Shown here: positions 34,694-46,479 of the stretch, piece by piece
Layout: each line of letters begins with the position of its first letter
Position numbering within the stretch: the stretch's first letter is position 1
NCBI GenBank assembly: GCA_002104945.1
Contig: MCFH01000001.1
Coordinates: 2,561,576-2,625,575, forward strand
DNA: 64,000 nt
Reading direction: 5' to 3'
Source: Piromyces finnis finn
Lineage: Eukaryota; Fungi; Neocallimastigomycota
Translations under genes and position numbers: made by a program
Notes under the pieces: model-generated
What the model saw: the letters and a program-made list of their open reading frames with translations, nothing else
Database searches by the model: none
Told to the model about the DNA's origin: nothing

Positions 34694-36158
34694 TTAATTG
34701 TTTGTTGATTCATTAGTTGCCACATTATTTAATTCATTATTAGTATTATTAATGGGTTGGATAGGTGATTGCCTATCTTCAACTAATGAGTATGCTGGGG
34801 GTTCAATATTTTCATTATTATTTTCATTATTAATAATTGGTGATGTAGGTGTATTATTAGCGACAATATTTTGATTGTTTATATTTTCATTATTGAAATT
34901 ATTATTATTAAAGCTATTCATCATCATCATCATCATCATCATCATATTATTATTATTAAGGTTCATAATATTATTAGAATATAAATTATTCATTAAAACA
35001 CTATTATGATTATTTAAATCATTATTATTAAGATTACAATTATTCATCATGTTATTAAGACCATTCATATTGTTATATAAATATAACATATTATTGTTCA
35101 TATTGAGATTATTCATATTCATATTCATATTATTATTGTTATTATTATCAGTAATATTACTATTATTAACATCACTATTTACAGAAGTATCAGAAACAGG
35201 TATGGCTGTAATAATATTATTATTATCAGTATTATTATTAGTATTATTACTGTTATTATTTTTATTAGTATTGTTGTTATTGTTGTTGTTGTTGTTGATA
35301 ATTTTGTTATTATTACTGATATCATCATTATTATCATTATCAGTATTATCATTATTATTATTTTTGGTATTATTAATGATATCACCATCATCATCATTAT
35401 TGTTATTATATTGAAATATATTATTAAATATTTGTTATTACATTTCTTGAATAGGACAATTTGGATTGATATCGTTAGTAATTCCATCGACGTATTCTGA
35501 TTTTACAATTCTACAATGAAACAATAAAATGTTTATATTATAACAAAAAATATATTTGTTTTTTTTTTTAAAAAAAAAAGATATGTTATGTGTATATATA
35601 TTTGAAAACTTACAAAGATTCTATTTTTGGTTGATTAAACACATTTTTTGTAATTTGGATGGAGTTTTCGTATGGAATACTTGGATAATCCATAATTTCA
35701 CTATTCATTATTGTTAATATTTATATAAATAATGACATATTATATTGAATATTTTATTTTTTATTGAGTCAAAAATATTTATATTAATAGTTACAGTAGT
35801 TTTAATTGTTGAAAAGTCGGGAAATTATTTAAACTTAAATCACTGACATATTTTGAATTACTAATAATAAAAAGTAAGGTAATAATATATATATATTTTA
35901 AACGAGAATTATTATTTGTAAATAATATATTTTATTTTATATTTTATACTATGCCATACAAATAAATATATTCTATATTATTATTAACATCACAAACGTA
36001 TGGATCATCACCAACATTACAACAATCAAAAGATTCATATCCTATAAAATCTGAACCAACTTCACAGTCTCTTGATATCATTTCTCAAGAAAAACAGAAA
36101 GACTTAGTGATAAAAAAATTAACTATAAAAAACTTGATACTAAATTTTAAATTTTCAT
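34694..36158 (-). pseudogene. Decayed multi-exon LRR (L-domain-like) surface protein gene joined to an Asn-rich tail with a PPAY motif
   Basis: ATG at 36158 with a frameshifted signal peptide and a TGA before EMISRDCE. Exons DCCNVGDDPYVCDVNNNIEYIY, LSLNNFPTFQQLKL, EIMDYPSIPYENSIQITKNVFNQPKIESL and IVKSEYVDGITNDINPNCPIQE join through phase-2 GT-AG introns. Tail is ORF 34694-35128. Confidence 0.65.
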
Positions 36159-36440
36159 TTAATATTTAGTATTTAGGTTTATGTTTATATATTTTTATTT
36201 TTTTAATTATATTAATTATTATATTGACATCCTACTTTAATTACTTTTCTTTAAACCTGTAGAATAGAATAATAACATTTATATTCTTTTTTATTTTACA
36301 TTTACTTTTATTTTTATATATTTTTTTTAAAAAAAAAAAGTAAAAGTTTCTTATTTTTAATTAAATTTTATTAAAAATATAAAATTAAAAAATTTTGGAC
36401 ATTAACAGGACATTAATTTGTTACACCAAAAAATCGACCA

Positions 36441-36741
36441 AAAAATAAAATAAAATAAAATAAAATAAAATAAAATAAAATAAAATAAAATAAAATAAAA
36501 TAAAATAAAATAAAATAAAATAAAATAAAATAAAATAAAATAAAATAAAATAAAATAAAATAAAATAAAATAAAATAAAATAAAATAAAATAAAATAAAA
36601 TAAAATAAAATAAAATAAAATAAAATAAAATAAAATAAAATAAAATAAAATAAAATAAAATAAAATAAAATAAAATAAAATAAAATAAAATAAAATAAAA
36701 TAAAATAAAATAAAATAAAATAAAATAAAATAAAATAAAAT
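36441..36741 (+). repeat. (AAAAT)n microsatellite, ~60 units
   Basis: Read directly; explains spurious ORFs 36413-36754 and 36421-36852. Confidence 0.97.
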
Positions 36742-37995
36742 TAAATGGAAACAAGATAAAGATGAAGAGTTATAAGTATTTATTTGTCTTCCTACTAACT
36801 TATATAAGGGATTTAAAAACTTACGTTCGCTATTATTAAAATAGTTACTCAAACAAATTTATCGTAGTATATCACTAGAAAATTTAAGCTTTTTATAAAA
36901 TAAAAAGCCTGCAACAAAAGAAATCCAAAATTAAAAACTTTCATTTTTAATTTTGGATTTCTTTCGAATTTTTTTTTTTATTTTAAAATTATAAATATTA
37001 CTGTTTTTTTGTGTAACTTTTAATTTATTAATTAAAATTAAATAAAAAGTTTAAATGTGGAAATATATCCACCAATTAAAATTTTATAAAATAAAAAAAT
37101 TTATATTTTTATTTTATAAAATAGTCTTTTTTTTTTTTTTTTTAATTTTCAAAGTCTTTTTTTTTAATGTTAAAATTTACTTATTTTATTTTTGACTTTG
37201 ACTTTTTTTTTTTTATTTGACAAAAAATTTATAATTTATATTTTCCCAATATATAAAAAATTTATATTATTTTTAAAAGAATTAAATAGAAATGATAGTA
37301 ATTTTTACTTTTATAATTTTCAAAACTATACAAAAAAAGAATAAAAATACTAATATTTTAAATATTTAATAAATATTAAAATAACATTAGCAGTTTTATA
37401 ATTTTATATTAATACTTTTTTTTATTAGTATATATTTTATAATTCAATTTTCTTGGTTATATTGACTAAATTGTTTTTATAAAGGTAAACATAAAGTATT
37501 TATTAATATTAATAATTTATTATATACACCATAAGCAATATTTTTATACTTTTTAAAAAAAAATATTTTATAATTTACTAATTAAATGTTCTAATTGTAT
37601 TAAAAATTAAATAAATCAATAGTTATTAATTTATGGTAATAATAAATAACATAATTTTTAATTTTGATACTTCAAGCTTTATGTATTATATAAATAAAAC
37701 AAAAGCCAATTCATGAATTAGATAAAAATTTATAAAATATCATATTAATAAATATACGGTATATAAAATTTTATGTGTATATATTCATTTAGTAATTATA
37801 TTTATTTTATTTCTTAAATACTCATTATTAATAAATTATTTTTTTTAGGTACAACAAAATAATTACTTAGTATTTTATCATTTTTTATTATTTAATTATT
37901 CTATTATCTCTTAGTAATACTAAATATTTTATATAATCTATTAAACTAACTTTAGTAAAATTTGTAATATTGTTAAATTTTTTTATGAATGACTT

Positions 37996-38029
<34 letters not shown>

Positions 38030-38520
38030 ACAATTATTCAAATTATATCATTTATTATTTCTTAGTATAATTCTTTTGTTGTTTTTTTAACTCATAACTA
38101 AATTTATATATTTTTTTTTGATATATATAATAATATAATAGTAATTTTCAATTTGAATTAATAACTTTTTATTAATTAATAATATAAATACTATTCTTTT
38201 CAATAATTATGTATTCATGTAAATATAAACATTTTTAGTATTTAATATATCTAAAACATTATTATTAAATCAATCAATATTTTTATTAAGTGCATTCTTT
38301 TCAATCTTAAAGTTAATCTGAAGAATATTAACAAATGACTATAGGTATTATAAATAATAATATAATTACTTGTTTATATATAGATAGCATTTCTTTTATA
38401 ATCTTTTTGAAATTAAAAAATTAAAGATATTTCATTTTCTATTATATATAATTATTTTTTTATTAATTTATATGAAAGATAATATAAAAATTCATTTATA
38501 TTTCAATATAATTAAATTTC

Positions 38521-38552
<32 letters not shown>

Positions 38553-40294
38553 ATTAAAAATGAGCGTTATAATTAAAAGTGTTTTAATTTAAATTATGAA
38601 CATACAATTCCTTATTAATTTAATACTATCCCCTTTAGTATTTATCTATTGTTTCAAAAATTAAGCTATTTAATACTATTTGAATATATAAAGATTAATA
38701 GAATTAATAATAAAATACAAAATAAGATTATTAAATTTGATAAAAATTCCTTTTTATACTATTCTAGTATATTGTAGAAGTTAAGTACTATAATAATTCG
38801 TAAACTAAAAAAATAATTTATAAATGAAAAATAATTATATTCTTTTTTTCACTTTATTTTTAAAAAAAAAAAAAACTTTTAATGGCATGATTAATTGACC
38901 AATTTCTTTTCTTTTTTTTTTATTTCATTTTACAGAATTAATTATAATAATAAAAAAAATTAATATATTAAATGATAGTGATCCAAATCATTTTAATATT
39001 AAAAATTTAAGATTTACCAAAGATACAATGAACCAATAAAATTTTGTTATTCTTTTTTAATAGGAATGTAAAAGTTTGATAAAATTTATTATTTAAATAA
39101 GAAAAATGTTTTTTTTTTTTTTTTTTTTTTAATAGGAAAAGTTAATTTTATATAAGAATAATAAGACTATCATTTAAAATCAAAATCGTAATAAATAGTT
39201 TTATTTATATATTTGATTAAAAGAGAAAAATATTTGAAAATAAATAAATAAACTATGAATTATATATAAAAGAGGGATAAAAAAAGTCAAATACATTTTA
39301 ATATTATTATTGAAATTTAATAAGAATTCAATTTTTATATTGTACATAAAGTATAAAATTATTGGTTTTATTATAATCAATCTTTTTTTTTATATTTAAA
39401 TATTATAAAGTTGTAAATTCATAATGTAATTAATGTAAAAAAAAAAGTATTAATATACATACAATTTACAATTTACATAAAAAAAGATGAAATGCTTTGT
39501 TGTCTTTTTATTAAAATAACTTTTTTTTTTCAAACTTTAAACCAATCATTTAATAAATCTTTTTACCTAATTTTTAATTAGCTCACCTAAATTTATTTAA
39601 AGTTACCAAATAAGAAAAAAAAGACAATTTGATTTAATGATTTAATGGATGACTCACCAAATATGATTGAATTTATATAATAAAATATAAAATATTATAA
39701 ATAGGTGTAATGTAATTATGTATAATAAAATATAATAATATATAATAAACATTTAAATGTAATATAATTATGTTTATATAATGTAGAGTAAAATAGAATA
39801 AAATAGAATATTTTTTAAAATTAAATATTGCTTATATAAAGTATCATTATCAAAAAATAGGAAAAAGATTTTTTATTATTAAACTTTTTATAATAACCAT
39901 TCAATTTAACTTTCCATTTAAAAAAAAAATGGCGATTCCTATTTTATATTATATAATCTTTTTTATCTAAATAACTCTTGTTTTTTTCTTTTATTTAATA
40001 TTAGATGTTATTTAATATATATTAATATATATTTTTTATTATTATAATATATTAAATTAAATAGGATATCTCATTTATATAAAAATTATCAATTTTAATT
40101 AATAATTTTGATATTAATTTTATGAATTTTTTAAAATGTATAAATATAGTAAATTTTCTTTTACTATTTTAATTTTTAGTTATTTTTATTTTAATAATCT
40201 TTTTTTTTTATATAAGCATTGATATTTAAATAAATAAAAAAAAGAGTTATTAGAAATATCTTTTAACATTTTATATTTGTTTTTTTAAAAAAAA

Positions 40295-42322
40295 ATGAGA
40301 AAGTTTTCAATTAAGCAATTATTAAAATGTATTTTATTTACTTCAATCATTTCAGCAATTTCTGCTGATAATAATGACTCCTATTTAAAAAATATTTCTT
40401 TTAATCGTGGAAAAATATTTTCAAAAACAGATTATAATGTTGCAAAATTTAATATGATTATTAGTCAGGAAAATTTTGATATATTAAAGGAATCAGCCAA
40501 TATTGTATATGAAAATGAGGATGATGAACCTAAAGTTAATGGTACTATAATTATTAATATTAATAATGATAGTGGAAATAAAATGGACGCTCAATATAAA
40601 ATTGGTGGTCAAAGTACAAGAGGTTCAAAAAAAATGAATTTCAACGTTAAATTGGATAAAAAAAAATTAGGAAGAAAAGATTTACGTCTTCGTTCTGCTA
40701 TGATTGATCCATCCTTTCTTCGTATTAAAATATCTACTGATATTATTAACCGAATGGGTCTTAATAGTATATCTTCCAGTTTTGCTGATGTTTTTGTTAA
40801 TAATGAATATATGGGTCTTTATGCACTTATCGATGTCTATAAGAAATCATGGGTTAAAGAATATTATAATTTAGATAAAGATCCTTCCTATAAAATCTTT
40901 AAATGTAGAGATGAAAATAGTGATCTTACCATTAATAATATTAATACCTGTGCCGATGAAGATGAAGATAATCCAGATAGTTCTGCTTTACAAGCATTTG
41001 TGGAAGCTATTAATGATAAAAAAAAGACATTAGATGAATTAACAGAAATTATGGATGTAGATCTTTTTATTAAAAGCTGGATCTTTGAATGGCTTGTTGG
41101 TTCAGTAGATCATATGCTAGTTAATGGTAAGAACTACTATTTATTAAAATATAAGAACGTTTGGATTCCATTGATTTATGATTTTGATGCTAACTTTGGT
41201 AATGATATCAATGAACAATTTAAAACATTATATGGAAATAAAAATCCAGCAGAAGTTAAATTTGATAAGTGGTACACAAATCGTTATATTGTTGATAAAT
41301 TAACTAAAGGTAATAATGAAAAGGTATTCTTAAATCATCTTCAGGATATAATTGATAATGCTTTTAATCCTGATCTTCTTTTCCCACACATTGATTCACT
41401 AAAATCATGGATTGGTTCATATATTAAAAAAGATCGTACTCCAAATGAAAATGGTGAACTTCCAGGTCGTATTAATGTTCAAAATAAAAAGAGAGCTCTT
41501 CCTGCTTCTGAATTTAAAGATTATACCTATGAAGATTATGAAAAAAATTCTGAATATACTGCAGTAGGTACTGCTGAAGGTCTTAAAAAATGGATTAAAT
41601 TACGTTACAAATTTGTCTGTCATCACTATAATATTAAATGTAAATCTGAAATACTCTCCTATGACAATACTAAAAATAATAAAAAATCAAAGGATGGTCA
41701 ATGTGGATCTGACCATGGTAAATGTCCAAATGGTTACTGTTGTAGTAAATATGGCTATTGTGGTAAAACCGAAAGATATTGTAGTATTTCTAAAGGATGT
41801 CAATCAGAATTCGGAGAATGTTCTACTAAAAAAACTAGTGAAACTGTTGCTTCTACTGAAGGAAAATGTGGATCTGGTTATGGTAAATGTTCAAATGGTT
41901 ACTGTTGTAGTAAATATGGCTATTGTGGTAAAACCGAAAGATATTGTAGTATTTCTAAAGGATGTCAATCAGAATTCGGAGAATGTTCTACTAAAAAAAC
42001 TAGTGAAACTGTTGCTTCTACTGAAGGAAAATGTGGATCTGACCATGGTAAATGTCCAAATGGTTACTGTTGTAGTAAATATGGCTATTGTGGTAAAACC
42101 GAAAGATATTGTAGTATTTCTAAAGGATGTCAATCAGAATTCGGAGAATGTTCTACTAAAAAAACTAGTGAAACTGTTGCTTCTACTGAAGGAAAATGTG
42201 GATCTGGTTATGGTAAATGCCCAGAGAGTTATTGCTGTAGTAAATATGGTTGGTGTGGTAAATCACCTGATTATTGTAAAATGGATAGAGGATGCCAAAG
42301 AAAATATGGTCTTTGCAAATGA
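40295..42322 (+). CDS. Secreted CotH-family kinase with four C-terminal CBM18 (hevein-like) chitin-binding modules, 675 aa
   Basis: Signal peptide; CotH motifs GGQSTR, LRSAMIDPSFLR, GLYALID, VDHMLVNGKNYYL, IYDFDANFG; four CGxxxGxCxxxxCCSKYGxCG repeats. Confidence 0.92.
   Translation: MRKFSIKQLLKCILFTSIISAISADNNDSYLKNISFNRGKIFSKTDYNVAKFNMIISQENFDILKESANIVYENEDDEPKVNGTIIININNDSGNKMDAQYKIGGQSTRGSKKMNFNVKLDKKKLGRKDLRLRSAMIDPSFLRIKISTDIINRMGLNSISSSFADVFVNNEYMGLYALIDVYKKSWVKEYYNLDKDPSYKIFKCRDENSDLTINNINTCADEDEDNPDSSALQAFVEAINDKKKTLDELTEIMDVDLFIKSWIFEWLVGSVDHMLVNGKNYYLLKYKNVWIPLIYDFDANFGNDINEQFKTLYGNKNPAEVKFDKWYTNRYIVDKLTKGNNEKVFLNHLQDIIDNAFNPDLLFPHIDSLKSWIGSYIKKDRTPNENGELPGRINVQNKKRALPASEFKDYTYEDYEKNSEYTAVGTAEGLKKWIKLRYKFVCHHYNIKCKSEILSYDNTKNNKKSKDGQCGSDHGKCPNGYCCSKYGYCGKTERYCSISKGCQSEFGECSTKKTSETVASTEGKCGSGYGKCSNGYCCSKYGYCGKTERYCSISKGCQSEFGECSTKKTSETVASTEGKCGSDHGKCPNGYCCSKYGYCGKTERYCSISKGCQSEFGECSTKKTSETVASTEGKCGSGYGKCPESYCCSKYGWCGKSPDYCKMDRGCQRKYGLCK
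41702..42250 (+). repeat. 165-nt near-identical coding tandem repeat (CBM18 plus linker)
   Basis: tgtggatct recurs at 41702, 41867, 42032 and 42197. Confidence 0.95.
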
Positions 42323-44539
42323 AGACATTAAAATTAAAAATATTATTTATTAAACTAAATCTATTATTTATTTATTTTTTATTTAGAATTATTTTTTATA
42401 GCTTTATTATTGTAAATTATGAATAAATTTAAATTAAAAATATATGAAATAGTTCTATTATTTTTTTTTTGTGTGTGTGTGTATGTATGTTCATGTATGT
42501 GTATTTTATTTTATGTGTAGATACATTGCGTAATAGGTTAGTTTAAGAAATAAATATTATAAAATTTTAAAGAAAAAAATTAATGTTATGTTTATATTTA
42601 TATATATTAGGTTAAGAACAAAAATAATGAGTATTTTTTGATAAAAATTAATATATTATATTTTTATTTTCCTTATTTATATTTGCAATATATAAGATAC
42701 GTTTTTTTTTAAATAAAAACATGTTATAAACTTTAAAATTATTAACATTTTCTTTGAATAAATCAATGTTAATGAAGAAATTATGTATAATAGTAAAAAT
42801 ATAAAATAATAATAATATTGCTTTAATATGTGTAGATTTACAACAAAGAAGAATTATTTTTGATATTTCTAAATTCTTAACAGAAAAATTAATACTTAAT
42901 AAAAATAATAATAATATTTTATTTTAAAATAAAATTAATAGGTAAAAAAAAAGAAAAAAGAATTTAGTATTTTTTATATAGATTTTAAAAAAATATTTGA
43001 TATTAATAATAATAATAAAAAAAAAAAAAAAAAAAGAAAAGAAAAATAATATTTAAAAAATAAAATATGATCTTCTCTGGTATAATATTCTTGTAAGGAC
43101 TTTGAAGAGAGCAAATTTAGTAGATTGTCATATATATTATATATATATGTACGTTTTTAATTTTTATCTACATAACCTTATTAATTTCAAAAAGTAGAAT
43201 AAATAATTTTTTTTTGTGAATATTTAATTATTTTTATATAGTAAAATAAAGTTGTATAAAAGTATAAAAAATAATGTTTGTAATAATTATTATTATTATT
43301 TTAAATATTAAAATAGCCTTAAATAAATATTTATACTAGAGTTATTATTAATGGTTATAATAATTTTTTAATACTCTATATTGCTATATTTAAAAAGTAT
43401 AAAAAAATAATTATTAAAAATAAAATGTTTACGATTTTTTTTAGTAAATATTAAAAATTATAAATAATGAATATCATTTTTTATAATAAATAGTATATAA
43501 CAATATATATATAATAATCCTTAATAATTCTAGTACTAGATATATATATATTAAAGTATTTTGTTTTTAAATTCAAATAAAATTGTACTTTTTTATATAT
43601 AATTTTTTATATACAATATATAAATATTTGTAAATAAAAATTTATTAATAAATTATACTAAATAATTACTAGAAGTAATAGCAAAAGTAAAAGTGAAAAT
43701 AAAAGTATAGAATTAGTAGTGGTGCATATATTCCAAATAATAAATTTTATTTTTAACATAAAGTATAGAGTGTTAATTGAAAATTTTGTATAGTATGCCA
43801 CCGATTTTGAAGGTTTAACAACCCATTTATAAATATAATATATTTAAGAAATTTAAATATCTTGCAGATATTATGAAATTGGGTTGTATGAATTAGGAAT
43901 ATAGAAATGCATATATTATCAGGACAATTTTCCAGTTTAGTAATAACATATATATATATATATAAATTTTAGTAATATATTTTTTGTTTATTTTTATCTG
44001 GAATTTTAATAAAATTATCACTATTATCTTAGATTGTTGAAACATGAACATAAATATTACTTTTACAATAAAATTGTGTATAATAATAGTTATAAATAAT
44101 AGCAAATATTAAAAGAGTGACTTTAATATTAAATTATATTGAAAACACTTTTTTTTTTCACTCATTTTACAATTATTAATATTCTTTAATCAAATAATAA
44201 AAACTAAACAATTTAATATTATTAGTAAACTTTTATATTTTTAAGTTTATAAATAAAAATATATTTATTTATTTTTATCAATAATTATTAATATAAAAGA
44301 AAATTTTAAATTTATTTAAAAGTAATAAAAAAAAAGATAAAGGATAAAAAAAAAGATTAATTATAAAAAACTTTTTATTATTCAAAGTATAATTCCTTAT
44401 AAAATTCAAAAAATAGTTATTCATTTCAAATAGATAATATTTATGGATTCTATAATATTAAAATTTTATTTTTTCCATTCATTTTTTAATAAAATAAAGT
44501 TGACAAGTATTAAATATTTTAATAAAATCATGATCGGAT

Positions 44540-45135
44540 AATGGCCATTTCTTTTTGTATAAGAAAAGAAGATTTATAATATAAATCAAGTCATCCAACG
44601 ATTTTATAACTGGTATGATTTTCATATTGGAATTTAATTTCTTTTCTTTTATTTATGAAGAAATAAGATAACTATTCAATATAATGTCTTCTATTTTAGG
44701 AAGGTTTAGTAGATGGCTTGATACACTTTTTAATTTATTATTATACATATCTAATATTTTCAATTTTTTAAAACGAGAAATAAAATCTGGAAATTTTATC
44801 AATTGTTTATCACTTACATCCATTTTTGTTATCTCTTTTATATTCAAATTTATTATGTCATAAAAGGTAGTTCTGATAGTTTTTGATTCTTCATATTAAT
44901 TTACAATCTTATATAATCATCAACGTACTGAAGTGTAGATAAAGAATAACCAATATCTAATCTTTTTAAGCCAGTTAAACCAATAGCTCTTCCAATTGAA
45001 ATAAATTTTTTATTTCTTTTGGTAATTCTTTAATATTATTTCTAGTTAGATCCAAATATGCTAGATTAATTAGTTGCCCTATTTCTTTTGGTAATTTTTC
45101 TATTTGAGTTTTATTAAATTTAAGCATCTTTTAAT
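44540..45135 (-). pseudogene. Intronless LRR gene relic
   Basis: KMLKFNKTQIEKLPKEIGQLINLAYLDLTRNNIKELPKEIKNLFQLEEL, a frameshift, GLKRLDIG, stops, then DVSDKQLIKFPDFISRFKKLKILDMYNNKLKSV. Confidence 0.7.
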
Positions 45136-46479
45136 AAATAGAAATATTTTTATTAAGCACTTAAAGAGTGCAATAATAGTTTGTACATATGATATATAAA
45201 GTAATTTGATTGTAAACAGTTTATCTTATTCAATATAGAATAATAATTATAAACTTGTTTTTTTAATAAAATAATAAAAATTATATTATTTTTATTAATA
45301 TCATATAAAATGTATATATATAAAGATAAAAGTAAAAATAGAAACATATATAATGACATTAAATATTAATAACTTATTTTTCATTAATAATTAGTATTAA
45401 ATATCATATATATGAAGATTTTTATAAAGTATATATAATGTTAATCATAAAGATTACGAATTCAATTAATTTATTATAAAAAAATATTATATTATATTAT
45501 ATTTATTTATTGAATGAGTGATACTTTCTTTTATTTTAAATTAATAAATTATTATTACTAATAATTTATATTTATGATTTTAATAGGTATTTCATTATTT
45601 AGTATCTATAGGTTTAGCACCGTACTGATGAATATATTGAAAATAATAATATATTAAAATATCCATATTTATTTTTAACAAATTTAATTATTTCAAGAAT
45701 CAATTAAATACTTTTAAACTAATAAAGACAGTTATAGTTCATTCATACTTTCAATAACTAAGGAAATCAAACTTTACTATTCAATACAGTATTGAAATGG
45801 GCTTTTAATCAAAACAGAATTGAAAAATAATTTTTTGTAATAATTAAAAATTTTTATTTTTTTTATCTGTCCATTCTAGTCTCAAATATTTAGATGTGAA
45901 TTATAAAACACCATACTTTTTTTTTTTCATTCAGGATTTCAAACACTGACATTTCAGCAAGTACATAAATTATAATTTGAAAAAAAAGAGAAATGTTAAA
46001 ATTTAAATGATTAAAGTAGAAATCATCAGAGAGTGATGTAGTAGAGGATTTGATAGATGGTTTGTTTTGTTTCTGTATTATCCATTATTTTTAAGCTTGT
46101 AAGAATAAGTAGTATAGCTTTAAGCGGGCACTTTCCATTAACTTTTAGAATGAAATAAATACCGAGTAATTATAAGTATTTTTTGGTATGGGATTAAAAA
46201 ATTTCATTGAAAGAATGAATAGTGAATATCATTTAATAGAGATTCTACTAATCGTTGTTTATACCATGAATCAAAATCTTTAAATTTGATCCAAAAGAGC
46301 AAAGACCACAATGTAAAGTAGGTACAGTACAATTGACATTGTTCATTTTTAAGAAAAAAATTTATTATGAATAAATAGATATTGATATATTGGTGTATTG
46401 ATATATAGTAAATGAAAATAAAACTAAAATTAAAATAGTATAGTATAAAAAATATATATTTGTAAAGATGAATATATAA

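Noticed and set aside
43820-43890. Imperfect inverted repeat CAACCCATTT...AAATTGGGTTG (possible MITE)
   Set aside because: Short and imperfect, with no TSD and no second copy in the window.
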